Shown here piece after piece: positions 8,001 through 17,538 of a stretch of 64,000 bases of DNA; within the stretch, counting starts at the first letter, position 1; each line of letters starts with the position of its first letter. The notes below the pieces were generated by a model. That model ran no database searches and was not told where the DNA came from. It was given only the letters and a program-made list of their open reading frames with translations. This DNA comes from a virus (taxonomy: Duplodnaviria > Caudoviricetes), in IMG/VR virus record IMGVR_UViG_3300033074_001674, positions 1 through 64,000 of that record; one strand, written 5' to 3'. The translations under genes and the position numbers were made by a program.

Positions 8001-8732
8001 ATGAGGTATGTCAGGCCATTTGGTGTTGAAATTGAGCTTAATGGCACAGGCAACAAGTACAACAACGATAGTAGAGAAGTTAGAATCCTTGATAGGTATG
8101 GAAATTACAGACTGTTTGATATGCCGCCTGGCTGGAACTTTACTCAGGACGGTTCATGTGGATTAGAGTTTATTAGTCCACCCACCAGCGATGACAGCGT
8201 AATCGAAAATTTCGTATGCCGCTTGAGTAATTTCTTAGAGTTTTACAGTGTAAACAAAAACTTTAAGAAAACGGGGCTCCACATTCATGTTGGGGCAACG
8301 GATTTCTCAGAGACAGATGCACTTAATACAGCCAGATTCTGCCGCTACTTTGATAGGGCGATTTTCGCACTAGTTAGCCCCAACAGAATTGCCAATCAGT
8401 TTTGCCGCATGATTGGGTGGAACGACCAGCGTATTGCGGCGAACATAGTAAAAGGAGGCACCCGCTACAAGGGATGCAATGCTGCCGCTTATTACAAGCA
8501 CGGCACAATCGAATACAGATACCCAAGAGGAACGCTTAGAAAAGACAGAATCTCTGCATATATCGAAGTGTTCGTGAAGATTACCGAATTTGGAAAGGCG
8601 TTTACTGGCAAGGATGCTCTAAAGTGTAAGCCAAACTTGCAAGAAAAAATCAAGCTGCTTACAGAGTTGCTTGAACTCTCCTCCAGGACAGTTAGCGCTC
8701 TAAATGCACCTTACAAAGAAGGCGAAGAATGA
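8001..8732 (+). CDS. putative amidoligase (Amidoligase_2 type)
   Basis: FGVEIE, DGS, EFISPP, GLHIHVG, TIEYR. Confidence 0.88.
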   Translation: MRYVRPFGVEIELNGTGNKYNNDSREVRILDRYGNYRLFDMPPGWNFTQDGSCGLEFISPPTSDDSVIENFVCRLSNFLEFYSVNKNFKKTGLHIHVGATDFSETDALNTARFCRYFDRAIFALVSPNRIANQFCRMIGWNDQRIAANIVKGGTRYKGCNAAAYYKHGTIEYRYPRGTLRKDRISAYIEVFVKITEFGKAFTGKDALKCKPNLQEKIKLLTELLELSSRTVSALNAPYKEGEE

Positions 8733-9094
8733 ACATTAAAGAGCTAGACGTAGAAGTACTAAAATTAGGCACTGCGATGTTTAGACTGGAAGCGCAAATT
8801 CTTATATCATTGGATAAGGAAATAAAAGCTATACAAGATGATATGGAGAGAAAAAGCGACCTTTTTCGCGGACAATATTATGACAGGCTTGGGTTTCACA
8901 AAGGCGCAGAGGCAGCTTGCAGATATATAAGGGGGCGCTTAATGCATCCAGTAATGCGCGCAATATATCAAAATGCAGCAGAAATGGAGGAAGAATGTGC
9001 AAGGAGAATTGGAGAGCTAGAGCGGAGCGAATCCAGTCAAGACGATATAACGATTGGATTAGAGCGAGAAACTCTACAATCTCAGGAATCATAA
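8729..9094 (+). CDS. hypothetical helical protein
   Basis: ATGA coupling. Confidence 0.7.
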   Translation: MNIKELDVEVLKLGTAMFRLEAQILISLDKEIKAIQDDMERKSDLFRGQYYDRLGFHKGAEAACRYIRGRLMHPVMRAIYQNAAEMEEECARRIGELERSESSQDDITIGLERETLQSQES

Positions 9095-9148
9095 CTGTAT
9101 CCGCAGTATTCGCAGTAATGCTAGTCCTACTATTCCTATAGGTGAAAC

Positions 9149-9355
9149 ATGTCTCAATCCCGCCAAGAATTTGAAGCTGTTAAACAGGCTAAGTTCGCGA
9201 TGCTTTGGCGAACTCTAGCTATTCTCCCTTGGTGGGAGGATAAAAAAGAGACAGCCAGAGCAATCTTTAACCTTGGTTGGGATTCAGCGACAGAAGAGAC
9301 ATTTGAGCAAGTTCGCATGCATGCATATGGAGAGTGGCAGGATTTAACGGAATAA
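9149..9355 (+). CDS. hypothetical protein
   Basis: AGGTG RBS. Confidence 0.65.
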   Translation: MSQSRQEFEAVKQAKFAMLWRTLAILPWWEDKKETARAIFNLGWDSATEETFEQVRMHAYGEWQDLTE

Positions 9356-9356
9356 C

Positions 9357-9429
9357 GGCCCCATCGTCTAGTAGTCCAGGATTCTTGGCTTTCATCCAAG
9401 CGACGCGGGTGCAAATCCCGCTGGGGTCA
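9357..9429 (+). tRNA. tRNA-Glu (TTC)
   Basis: GGCCCCA/TGGGGTC acceptor, loop CTTTCAT, T-loop TGCAAAT. Confidence 0.93.
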
Positions 9430-9442
9430 ATACGAGGCACAA

Positions 9443-9784
9443 ATGAAAACTTCGTGGTTTTTGCGGATGCTGCATATTAGTGGGAAGTTTATTAAAGTCC
9501 CGCTAGACAAACGCGAACTTAATATTGTCTCAAGGGTCATTAAAGAGTGCTCAGAATGGGGCCACTCCCCATTTAACATGAAAGATTTTTGCAATTTAAT
9601 TGGAGGTGGCCTAACAAATAATAGTAGGAGCAGCAACAAAACTCTGTTCTTACAACTGGAAGATTTCTCATCTATCGAGTTGGTGGCAGCAAGCGCTAAA
9701 GGAGAAGAAACCGATTTGCCAATCGAGACAGATGTAAATAATCCCCTTAGCAGCGATGACCACTACGATAACCCGCTCAACTGA
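9443..9784 (+). CDS. hypothetical protein
   Basis: GAGG RBS, 113 aa. Confidence 0.65.
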   Translation: MKTSWFLRMLHISGKFIKVPLDKRELNIVSRVIKECSEWGHSPFNMKDFCNLIGGGLTNNSRSSNKTLFLQLEDFSSIELVAASAKGEETDLPIETDVNNPLSSDDHYDNPLN

Positions 9785-9795
9785 AAGGTTTAACA

Positions 9796-10200
9796 ATGCC
9801 ACATTTCGAGTTTGCCAACTATCAAGGGGTACCGCTGTTTATTTACGGGACGCTTAAGAGCGGCCATCGGAATAGACGGGTAATTTCTCCCTATATCGAT
9901 AGGTGTGCTAAGGCGACGGCGCTTGATTGCTCGCTAGCCAGCGAGGATGAGGGCCTTCCCATTATGTTTAGAAGCGCTGGAGCCAAAGTGATTGGCGAAC
10001 TGGTCTATCTAAATCCAGATGTGGCTCTAAATGCAGCCGCCAACCTAGATAGATTTGAAGGATGCCCCTATATGTACAATAGGGAACTGGTGGATGTGGA
10101 AGTTGATGGAGAAGTGGTTAAGGCTTGGGCATATACATATGGAAGGCCAATCCCTGCCGGCTTTAAACCGAATCCCATCTCAGAATGGCGAGGCGCGTAA
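9796..10200 (+). CDS. gamma-glutamylcyclotransferase (GGCT/AIG2-like)
   Basis: LFIYGTLK, V.GELV, LDRFEG, Y.R...V, AWAY. Confidence 0.92.
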   Translation: MPHFEFANYQGVPLFIYGTLKSGHRNRRVISPYIDRCAKATALDCSLASEDEGLPIMFRSAGAKVIGELVYLNPDVALNAAANLDRFEGCPYMYNRELVDVEVDGEVVKAWAYTYGRPIPAGFKPNPISEWRGA

Positions 10201-10628
10201 TGGATATTGATTTACCAGATGTAGACCTAGACATAGATGGAGGATGTGGATTAGGAATAATTGCATTTGTAGTGCCAGTAGCACTAATCGTAGTTCTAGT
10301 AGAGCATTGGCACTTTGCATTCGCTGCAATATTCCTTATTATCTCTATATTGGCAGCAACTACAAAGGTCAAAGACGCTCATCAATCTGCTAAAACGATT
10401 ATGTTGTGGTTGGCTAATATAGCCTTTGTGGGCATGTTAATTTGGGGAGTCTCTTACGAGCTTGACTCCTATAAAATGCGCAGAATCCAACAGGCAGAGG
10501 ATGCTGCACGGCAAGCCGAGATTCAGGCAGCCAAAGAGGATGAACAAAAAAGAATCGGCGCCATCGGCCGGCTTAAAAAGTGGGCGCTAGGCGACAAGGA
10601 TTACGGTAAGCCAGAAAAAGACCAATGA
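10200..10628 (+). CDS. membrane protein (3 TM)
   Basis: Three hydrophobic segments, TAATG coupling. Confidence 0.75.
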   Translation: MDIDLPDVDLDIDGGCGLGIIAFVVPVALIVVLVEHWHFAFAAIFLIISILAATTKVKDAHQSAKTIMLWLANIAFVGMLIWGVSYELDSYKMRRIQQAEDAARQAEIQAAKEDEQKRIGAIGRLKKWALGDKDYGKPEKDQ

Positions 10629-10781
10629 AACCGGCAACTCTACGTCCTCCATCTATTGGAGATAAAGATGGTTGGAGGACAATAGTAGCTCCATGCGGCT
10701 ATTATAGAGATGGTAAGCTATTAGCAGGACATAAACAATTCCAAAACAATTGTCCTATTTGTTCAGTAATTAAAGTTAAAT

Positions 10782-11051
10782 ATGAGCAAAACAGGTAAAT
10801 TTATAATCAAATTTATAAGACGGAATATCCCAGTAGAGCATCTGATATGGGGCCCAACATACAAAGCGCCGCTAAATAAAATCACCTGGAAAAGATTTAT
10901 CGAACTAGTAATAGAAGACCTAGAATTAAGAGATAAATACAAAGATTGTTTAGAAGAGTTGAAAAAAATTAATCTTAACAATTTAAACCATCTTATATTG
11001 AATAATGGTGGCTTGTTCGGGAATGATGTACGGGTTGATAGGATAGGTTAA
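10782..11051 (+). CDS. small protein, tandem paralog of 11052..11324
   Basis: GPTY...F..LV..DL..RD.YK shared. Confidence 0.75.
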   Translation: MSKTGKFIIKFIRRNIPVEHLIWGPTYKAPLNKITWKRFIELVIEDLELRDKYKDCLEELKKINLNNLNHLILNNGGLFGNDVRVDRIG

Positions 11052-11324
11052 ATGTCATCCTGCACTTATAGAATAGATTATGTCTACGAAAATGGCTCTA
11101 TATTAGAAGGGCCAACATACAGGACACCATCCGATTCTGGAATGACTTGCGTTAAATTTCTACAGTTGGTTCTGGATGATTTAAGAACACGGGATGAATA
11201 TAAGGGTTTTGCGGAGATTTTGATGTCTCAGGCTATTTTCCCGAAGCACCCTTCGATGAGACTTAATTTCTCATGCTATTACAATGATTTTATCAGAATT
11301 CAACACTTAAGTTGTAGGAGTTAG
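11052..11324 (+). CDS. small protein, tandem paralog of 10782..11051
   Basis: EGPTYR...FLQLVLDDLRTRDEYK. Confidence 0.75.
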   Translation: MSSCTYRIDYVYENGSILEGPTYRTPSDSGMTCVKFLQLVLDDLRTRDEYKGFAEILMSQAIFPKHPSMRLNFSCYYNDFIRIQHLSCRS

Positions 11325-11386
11325 TTCAAACCAAACGCCCCGGACCTGCACCTATACAACCCGGAATAATTCACAGGAGATAAATC

Positions 11387-11575
11387 ATGTGGTATGTATG
11401 TTTCTTTGCCGCTGGCTACATGATTACAAAAGAACCTCTAGATAGAGATTCCTGTGACGAGATTTGTGGACCGTTCGAGAACTACGATATTGTCGAAGAA
11501 TTCATAGATAGTAGAAAACGGCGTAAAATTTTGGGCTCTTTCCAAGAGCAATGGGAAATGAGGCAGTTTAACTAA
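11387..11575 (+). CDS. hypothetical protein
   Basis: AGGAG RBS. Confidence 0.65.
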   Translation: MWYVCFFAAGYMITKEPLDRDSCDEICGPFENYDIVEEFIDSRKRRKILGSFQEQWEMRQFN

Positions 11576-12129
11576 TGGATATTTGGTTTACATCAGACAC
11601 ACATTATGGTCACACAAACATTTTGGCCTACCAGAATAGGCCGTTTACAACGATACATGAGCATGATGAGGCACTGATATCCTATCATAACGAACTGGTT
11701 AAAGATAGGGATATAGTCTATCACCTTGGAGATTTCTGTTTAGGGAATCCACAACATGCCAGCAGAGTATATAAGGCATTAAACGGCATACAATATCACC
11801 TAATTAAAGGCAACCATGATAGGGTAAAAAACTACGGCGGCCTGTTTACATCAATAAAAGATGTCTTAATGTTAAAGCTTGGCCCCGTAAGAGGTGCCGG
11901 AGCCAGACAAGCCAATTGGATATGGCTATCTCACTACGCATATGCTAGGTGGCCACACGCTAATGATGGTGCGATGCATTTATTTGGGCACTCCCATGGT
12001 GGATTCCAAGGGCTAGGCCGTTCGATGGATGTAGGTGTGGATACTAACAACTATCGACCTTATCATATAGATGAAATAAGGTTATTGCTAAAGAATGTAA
12101 TCCCTGTCGAACATCACGGAGAAGATTAA
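11575..12129 (+). CDS. calcineurin-like phosphoesterase (phage type)
   Basis: SDTHYGH, HLGD, GNHD, SHY, GHSH, DVGVD. Confidence 0.92.
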   Translation: MDIWFTSDTHYGHTNILAYQNRPFTTIHEHDEALISYHNELVKDRDIVYHLGDFCLGNPQHASRVYKALNGIQYHLIKGNHDRVKNYGGLFTSIKDVLMLKLGPVRGAGARQANWIWLSHYAYARWPHANDGAMHLFGHSHGGFQGLGRSMDVGVDTNNYRPYHIDEIRLLLKNVIPVEHHGED

Positions 12130-12130
12130 T

Positions 12131-12418
12131 ATGATTGGCCGTCCTCGTGAATTTTGGCGCTACGGGCTCACACCTGACCGAGTATACTATTTCAGAAAGG
12201 CGTTTGGCCTTTCTCAAAAGAAGTTCGCCGCTATTTTAGGGGTTTCCAATCAAACAATCGTCAATTGGGAGAGCGGCTACAATGCGCCAGACAAGCGATG
12301 TGCCAATCGTTTAAATGTTCTAATCAACACAAACGCTTCTCCCGAAATCACAAGAGACGTGCTTAATAGAGCTCTAGAGATTGCAGAAGAAGAGTTCGGA
12401 GTAATTAGGAGAATATAA
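12131..12418 (+). CDS. XRE-family HTH regulator
   Basis: LSQKKFAAILGVSNQTIVNWESG...P. Confidence 0.9.
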   Translation: MIGRPREFWRYGLTPDRVYYFRKAFGLSQKKFAAILGVSNQTIVNWESGYNAPDKRCANRLNVLINTNASPEITRDVLNRALEIAEEEFGVIRRI

Positions 12419-12759
12419 TGGCATACATTAACGACCACGCTATCAACTCTTGTGGAATCGCCTCAATAGAAGAGATTGACGCTCCGCTTAGTGTATTAAG
12501 GGGAATATACTCAGAATTGACTGACGATATTTACGTCACTCCAGTGCCTGCATTCTATGTCTTTAGTGATGTAATCGGGACTAAAAATAAACAAAGTGCT
12601 GGACAAAAACTAGCCAAGTTCATCAAGAAAAACTTACCAAACTCTAATATTACACGTTCTTGTGTCAGAAAAAATCCAAACAGCGGAAATCGTATAGCTA
12701 TTTGGACATGGGCGCCGCCGCGCAATCTGGTATCAATTCTTAAAAGAACTCTTAAATAA
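12418..12759 (+). CDS. hypothetical phage protein
   Basis: SCGI...NPNSGNRIAIWTW. Confidence 0.75.
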   Translation: MAYINDHAINSCGIASIEEIDAPLSVLRGIYSELTDDIYVTPVPAFYVFSDVIGTKNKQSAGQKLAKFIKKNLPNSNITRSCVRKNPNSGNRIAIWTWAPPRNLVSILKRTLK

Positions 12760-12770
12760 GAGGGGATAAT

Positions 12771-13406
12771 ATGCCGCACATCCTTTTCAAGCCGTCATCA
12801 ATTGATGCCGTAGCCGTGTCTGGCGGACCTGATTCGATGTGCGCAATGCATTTCTTAACTCAGGGAGGCAAATATCCAAAGACAATTCTGCATTTTTTCC
12901 ATGGCACTGAGTTTGGCTCGCTTGCTAGAAAATTAGTCAGAGATTATTGTGAGGAGCTAGGTCTTCCGCTGATTGAAGGAGAAATCGCAGGAGATAAGCC
13001 ATCAGATGAATCTCTTGAAGAGTTTTGGCGCAATCAAAGGATTGCCTTCTTTCAAGCTTGGTCAAAATCCAATAGCGAGAAAACTCAAGATATCACTTTA
13101 ATTGCTAGTGGACATAACCTGGATGATGCAGTAGAGACGTGGCTATTCTCGTGCATGCATGGCCGTCCTGACAAAATCCCAGAAGCAGGGGCGGCGTTGG
13201 TTAGACCCTTCCTCTTATGGAGAAAAGAAGAGATGGGCGAGTACTGTAGAAAACACAACGTGCCATACATAATCGACCCATCAAACGAGGATAGGCGCTT
13301 TATGCGCAGCATTATCAGACACGATATAATGCCGCTAGCCCTACAAGTTAATCCGGGCATCTATACAGTTGTAAAGAAAATGTATGAGCGAAAAATCTAC
13401 ATTTAA
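12771..13406 (+). CDS. tilS: tRNA(Ile)-lysidine synthetase-like PP-loop ATPase (N-terminal domain only)
   Basis: VAVSGGPDS, GHNLDD.VET, RPFL, DPSN, R..IRH. Confidence 0.88.
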   Translation: MPHILFKPSSIDAVAVSGGPDSMCAMHFLTQGGKYPKTILHFFHGTEFGSLARKLVRDYCEELGLPLIEGEIAGDKPSDESLEEFWRNQRIAFFQAWSKSNSEKTQDITLIASGHNLDDAVETWLFSCMHGRPDKIPEAGAALVRPFLLWRKEEMGEYCRKHNVPYIIDPSNEDRRFMRSIIRHDIMPLALQVNPGIYTVVKKMYERKIYI

Positions 13407-13710
13407 TACCTATCTTGAATTAAGGATTATTTCAGCAAACCCAAATGACAATGATAGGATACTTATTAAATGTGGGCACGAAACAACATGGCACAGTGCA
13501 TTTAATTGGCTGGTAGATAATCTGCCTACAACACTTAAGGAAAAAAGTCCACTACTTAAGGATGTGATTACTAATAGGTTTAAAATAGGACTAAATAAAA
13601 CTAATCGAATTTCAGACAGTATTTCTGGGAGGAATGAGGAGAGCTATCAATTTACTCTAGGAGTGTGCGCAGACGGCACAAAAGTTCTATGTAAGGTATG
13701 TAAAGAATGA
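13384..13710 (+). CDS. beta-beta-alpha paralog family member
   Basis: ILIKCGHETTWHSAF..LVDNL. Confidence 0.7.
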   Translation: MSEKSTFNTYLELRIISANPNDNDRILIKCGHETTWHSAFNWLVDNLPTTLKEKSPLLKDVITNRFKIGLNKTNRISDSISGRNEESYQFTLGVCADGTKVLCKVCKE

Positions 13711-14003
13711 CATCTTTATTTGTCAAGATAAATCTTTTAGGCAACAAAGATGAATTTCTAATATTCGAGATTGGCAAAGATACTACGTGGAAAAAGTTTA
13801 TTACATATCTAATATCTTCTATGGAAGAAATATGCAATAAACACAACAAATCTCCAAAATTTAAGCAATGGATAAATGGGCAAAATTTTAGAAATTGGTC
13901 GGTCGAAAAAATATCGACAACATTTGTAGATGGCGTAAAATATTTTAACGATTTTAATAATGGTATTTCTGTAGATATCTTAATTTATAATACTTATGAA
14001 TAA
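13707..14003 (+). CDS. divergent beta-beta-alpha paralog family member
   Basis: LIFEIGKDTTWKKFI. Confidence 0.65.
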   Translation: MTSLFVKINLLGNKDEFLIFEIGKDTTWKKFITYLISSMEEICNKHNKSPKFKQWINGQNFRNWSVEKISTTFVDGVKYFNDFNNGISVDILIYNTYE

Positions 14004-14265
14004 ACAAAAATTATTAGCAAGGATTTCTCAAGGATGGCCTACATGTGAGGCATGCAACGCGCCAATACTCTTCTCTAGATTAGAGGCTTTGACAGATACG
14101 AATACATGCGCAAAACACTCTAAAGAGGGCAAATATGTTGGTGTGCCGCTATTCTCACACAAAACGGCACCAACAGTCGCGATGGTCAAGGAAGACAAGT
14201 CTGCGCCTGACGGTAAGGGCGAATCTGTCAGAATGCTCCTAAGGGGCTACAGGAGAGGAAGATGA
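13996..14265 (+). CDS. DksA/TraR-like zinc-finger protein
   Basis: CEACNAPI...RLEAL..TNTCAKHS. Confidence 0.75.
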   Translation: MNKQKLLARISQGWPTCEACNAPILFSRLEALTDTNTCAKHSKEGKYVGVPLFSHKTAPTVAMVKEDKSAPDGKGESVRMLLRGYRRGR

Positions 14266-14386
14266 GCTGCGTTTACCCTGACGACATTTGTTTCTGTGTC
14301 GATTGCGAAAGTTATATGGCGCTTGCGACACTTATAGAGCAGGAATACAACGAGAGGCAGCCAATCCACCACAAAATAACGCTCAA

Positions 14387-14914
14387 ATGATTATAAACAT
14401 TATTAAAGTAAATAGGGATGAAGGCTATTCAGAAACTATTGAATGCTCCATCATAGCTCCGGATGAGCCAGGGATATGGGCCATAGTCAAAAAATCATAT
14501 AATGACTATGTCAAACATTCAGATAAGCAATCGAAATTGCGTCTCGAAGCAATGGCGAAGGCAGAGGAACAATTCATTAAGGATAATCCGAAGCCGGCCA
14601 TGCCCATTAGGCCGATACTAAATAAATTAGTAATGTTGGGAATAAACGCACCTAAAGATTCTCAAGAGTATAAGGATGCCGTAGAGGAAAAGCGCATATA
14701 TGATGACGCCATTAAGCAATTTAAAGAGGCCCGCAATATTGTGGTCTTAAAAAGAAATGAGTGGCACAAAAACTTAGATGTTGCAAGATGGGCAGCGAGC
14801 GACAGTATAGATTTAAAGATACAAGAGAATAGAACACTGGCCAATTTTCTGCCAGCAGAATGCAAAGTTTTGAATACCAACGATATCTTCATTGAAAATG
14901 AAAATCTCGACTAA
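14387..14914 (+). CDS. hypothetical helical protein
   Basis: Long ORF; ATG 14387 coupled to a small upstream ORF. Confidence 0.65.
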   Translation: MIINIIKVNRDEGYSETIECSIIAPDEPGIWAIVKKSYNDYVKHSDKQSKLRLEAMAKAEEQFIKDNPKPAMPIRPILNKLVMLGINAPKDSQEYKDAVEEKRIYDDAIKQFKEARNIVVLKRNEWHKNLDVARWAASDSIDLKIQENRTLANFLPAECKVLNTNDIFIENENLD

Positions 14915-15197
14915 GTTGCTTTGGCAAATAAATAAAAACAAAAGATGGCCAGCCTCCCTAATTAGAATTTATAATAGGGGGGATAAAACTCACGATGTTG
15001 AAGTTATAGATTATTGGAGAGGACAATTTTCAATTGGAAGGACAGAAACGCACCTACTAATTGATAGGTCGCTAGAAGTAATCGATGGAAATCATAGGCT
15101 AATAGCCGCATATTTGGAGGGAGTTAAATACTTACATGTTCAAAGAGTCAGAAATTTCAGAGAGAACTCTCTCTCAAATGAGAGGTTGCGACGATAA
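14892..15197 (+). CDS. ParB/Srx-like domain protein
   Basis: VIDGNHRL.AA...G. Confidence 0.75.
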   Translation: MKMKISTKLLWQINKNKRWPASLIRIYNRGDKTHDVEVIDYWRGQFSIGRTETHLLIDRSLEVIDGNHRLIAAYLEGVKYLHVQRVRNFRENSLSNERLRR

Positions 15198-15816
15198 TAG
15201 TCTGCCTTGTATCGCCATCGTTGGAGATAATGACGAACAGATTGGCCCTTGGTTCAAGTGTAAGGACTACATACAAGATGTAGTTAGGGCCAATCATGTT
15301 GAACAATCTTTCTCTATTTATGGCTTCAAGTACAATGTCAAAAACGACCCTCCACTTAAAAACAAGTTCCGCTTAGCGTACAGATGGCGAGAAATAAAAG
15401 ACGATGTATTCGCAGAACGTTGCGCGAATATGGTCGAAACAATCAAAGACATAGAGAAACAAATTAAAATCGAAAAGCACTCAGAATTTTCTGAGCCATT
15501 TAAGATTGGCGGACATAACGCCGTGCTAATCGATGCTAATATCGAATGGAGTAAGGCGATTCCTCTAATCAGCTTCCTATCGCTAGTGGGCAGACTTTCA
15601 ATGCTAAATGAAGGTCAAACACTTAAATCTCTTTTAGAGATGAAAAAAGCCGATGGGATGATGGAGGATATTTATTACTTAACATCCAGCAGAGTTTTTG
15701 TGGACCAGCTAGTTAAGAATGGAATAAGCAATTTCCCAAATGAAAATTGGGCCGCAAAAACAACACATGCTTGCCACAATTACGGCATTGTTGGATGGTC
15801 TAAACAAAACAGTTAA
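15178..15816 (+). CDS. hypothetical protein, paralog of 18210..18947
   Basis: CKDYIQDV and W....PLISFLSLVGRL. Confidence 0.75.
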   Translation: MRGCDDNSLPCIAIVGDNDEQIGPWFKCKDYIQDVVRANHVEQSFSIYGFKYNVKNDPPLKNKFRLAYRWREIKDDVFAERCANMVETIKDIEKQIKIEKHSEFSEPFKIGGHNAVLIDANIEWSKAIPLISFLSLVGRLSMLNEGQTLKSLLEMKKADGMMEDIYYLTSSRVFVDQLVKNGISNFPNENWAAKTTHACHNYGIVGWSKQNS

Positions 15817-15840
15817 ACCAAAAGGTCCCTGGCTTGCCCT

Positions 15841-16218
15841 ATGATTGTCTTACCCACGCGCTCGATAAGGCGCGGAATTAAATATGCGCATAAAGCCGCA
15901 CTGGCCAGTATGGCTCAACATTATCGTGTTGGTGCCGCAATATTTAAGGGGCCGCGACTAATTTCAATTGGTTGGAATAGTGAAAAAACTCATCCAAGCT
16001 CATGCACGAGGTATAGCGCACATCACGCAGAATTCTCTGCTCTGGTAGGTAATTACAAATACGACCTCGTTGGCGCGTCTATTTTTGTCGTTAGGATAAC
16101 GCCATCTGGCAAAATAGGAATGGCAAAGCCCTGTGATGCTTGTCAGGATTTTATTTACGCCGCTGGCATAACAAAGGTATTTTACACAAACTTCAATGGA
16201 AATATAGAGAAATTATGA
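15841..16218 (+). CDS. cytidine/deoxycytidylate-type zinc deaminase
   Basis: VGAAI, HAE, KPCDAC, GITKVFYT. Confidence 0.9.
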   Translation: MIVLPTRSIRRGIKYAHKAALASMAQHYRVGAAIFKGPRLISIGWNSEKTHPSSCTRYSAHHAEFSALVGNYKYDLVGASIFVVRITPSGKIGMAKPCDACQDFIYAAGITKVFYTNFNGNIEKL

Positions 16219-16391
16219 AGTACATGCTGGATAGAAAAGAAATAAAGGAATTTGGAGCGAAATGGCTCAAGGATAATTATCCAGATTCCTGGGCCGCAGG
16301 AGCTGTCTTAATAGAAGATAGCCCACTTCATGTATTTGCAGCGATGTTAGTAGACGAGAAGTTTATCGGAAGAATTGAGAGATTAAACTAA
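16215..16391 (+). CDS. hypothetical protein
   Basis: Coupled at both ends. Confidence 0.55.
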   Translation: MKYMLDRKEIKEFGAKWLKDNYPDSWAAGAVLIEDSPLHVFAAMLVDEKFIGRIERLN

Positions 16392-16747
16392 TGAAGCCAC
16401 CATTTAGGGTAATTCTATTCCTAGATAAACAATCTACTTTTGTAGATTTCCTTAGCGATAAGCATGATTTTAGGAATATAACTACATATATTGCTAACGC
16501 AATTTCTCAACACACACAAATACTGTTTGGTAATCACATAGAAGGTTACGCTCATTCGTTTGGTCCAGGGGAAGTTAAGGGCTTTAGCTGCGTCCAACTG
16601 TACAGACCAAAGACACACGAACAGAAACAAATATCGATTAAAGAAAAGATTGAGCTATTAGAGCTTAATAGAATCCGGATGATTAATCAATTACTGGAAT
16701 CAAAGCTTAAAGAGCAACAGACTAACGATTTCTGGAAAGAACAATGA
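16391..16747 (+). CDS. hypothetical protein
   Basis: 118 aa coupled ORF. Confidence 0.7.
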   Translation: MKPPFRVILFLDKQSTFVDFLSDKHDFRNITTYIANAISQHTQILFGNHIEGYAHSFGPGEVKGFSCVQLYRPKTHEQKQISIKEKIELLELNRIRMINQLLESKLKEQQTNDFWKEQ

Positions 16748-17094
16748 GAGGCTATCTAAGTGTAATAACCACGGAAGGTCACCCTCCTATTCTGGCAGCC
16801 GAAACAGTAGATTTTGAGGAAGGCACCAAAATAAGGGATGTGTTAACCAAAGCAACAAGTCTTTTGTATGCTGCATATGAAGATGACTACAAAAAGTTCT
16901 TTGAAAAGAAATCCGACCTAGATTCTAGCAAGGCTATTGCCGCAAGGATGTGTAGCGCAATTGTAAACTGTGACCCGACGATATTCCCGAGAGAAGTGGA
17001 CGGCAGGTCAACAGCAGATAGTGCGACCGTTCCAGCTAGATGGTTAATGAAAGATGAAAATGGCATAACATACACAGTTATCTGGGAGAGATAA
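16744..17094 (+). CDS. hypothetical protein, possible distant paralog family member
   Basis: VDFEEGTKIRDVLTKATSLL; C-terminal strand. Confidence 0.65.
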   Translation: MRGYLSVITTEGHPPILAAETVDFEEGTKIRDVLTKATSLLYAAYEDDYKKFFEKKSDLDSSKAIAARMCSAIVNCDPTIFPREVDGRSTADSATVPARWLMKDENGITYTVIWER

Positions 17095-17261
17095 ATGGCC
17101 ATATATGAAGAAGAGGATTTCGATAAGATATCCGACAAAGATAACATGTCAATCGAAGAAAAAGTTTTTAGACTCAAAAAGCTAAGGGCGCAAGAGCGCA
17201 AGAAGGCCGATTTAGCATGGCTTAAAGAAGCCTACGAATCAGAATTAGGAGGCGAAGGCTA

Positions 17262-17528
17262 ATGCTTAGAATATGGCAAATAGGCAGACTGTCCTTCCCC
17301 TATCAAGGATACAAGGCTGGGACAGAAGTTCTAGCCATAGAAGAAACAATTGATGGCATCATGGCGGAAGTTGGTCCTTGGGATGGCCAAGGGAAACCGG
17401 CGGCGCTAATTGATGTTCCAATGCAATTTTTAACACCGCAGGTCTTAGATGTGCCTCGCAAATGCGACGCACAGCGAGACAAGACCTTGCGCTGTAACCG
17501 TTTGACGGGTGGCATCCGTCTACGGTAA
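17262..17528 (+). CDS. SH3-like small protein whose 3' part overlaps RNA hairpins
   Basis: GGAGG RBS; YKAGTEV...AEV...IDVPMQFL. Confidence 0.6.
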   Translation: MLRIWQIGRLSFPYQGYKAGTEVLAIEETIDGIMAEVGPWDGQGKPAALIDVPMQFLTPQVLDVPRKCDAQRDKTLRCNRLTGGIRLR

Positions 17529-17538
17529 TTATGCCTGA

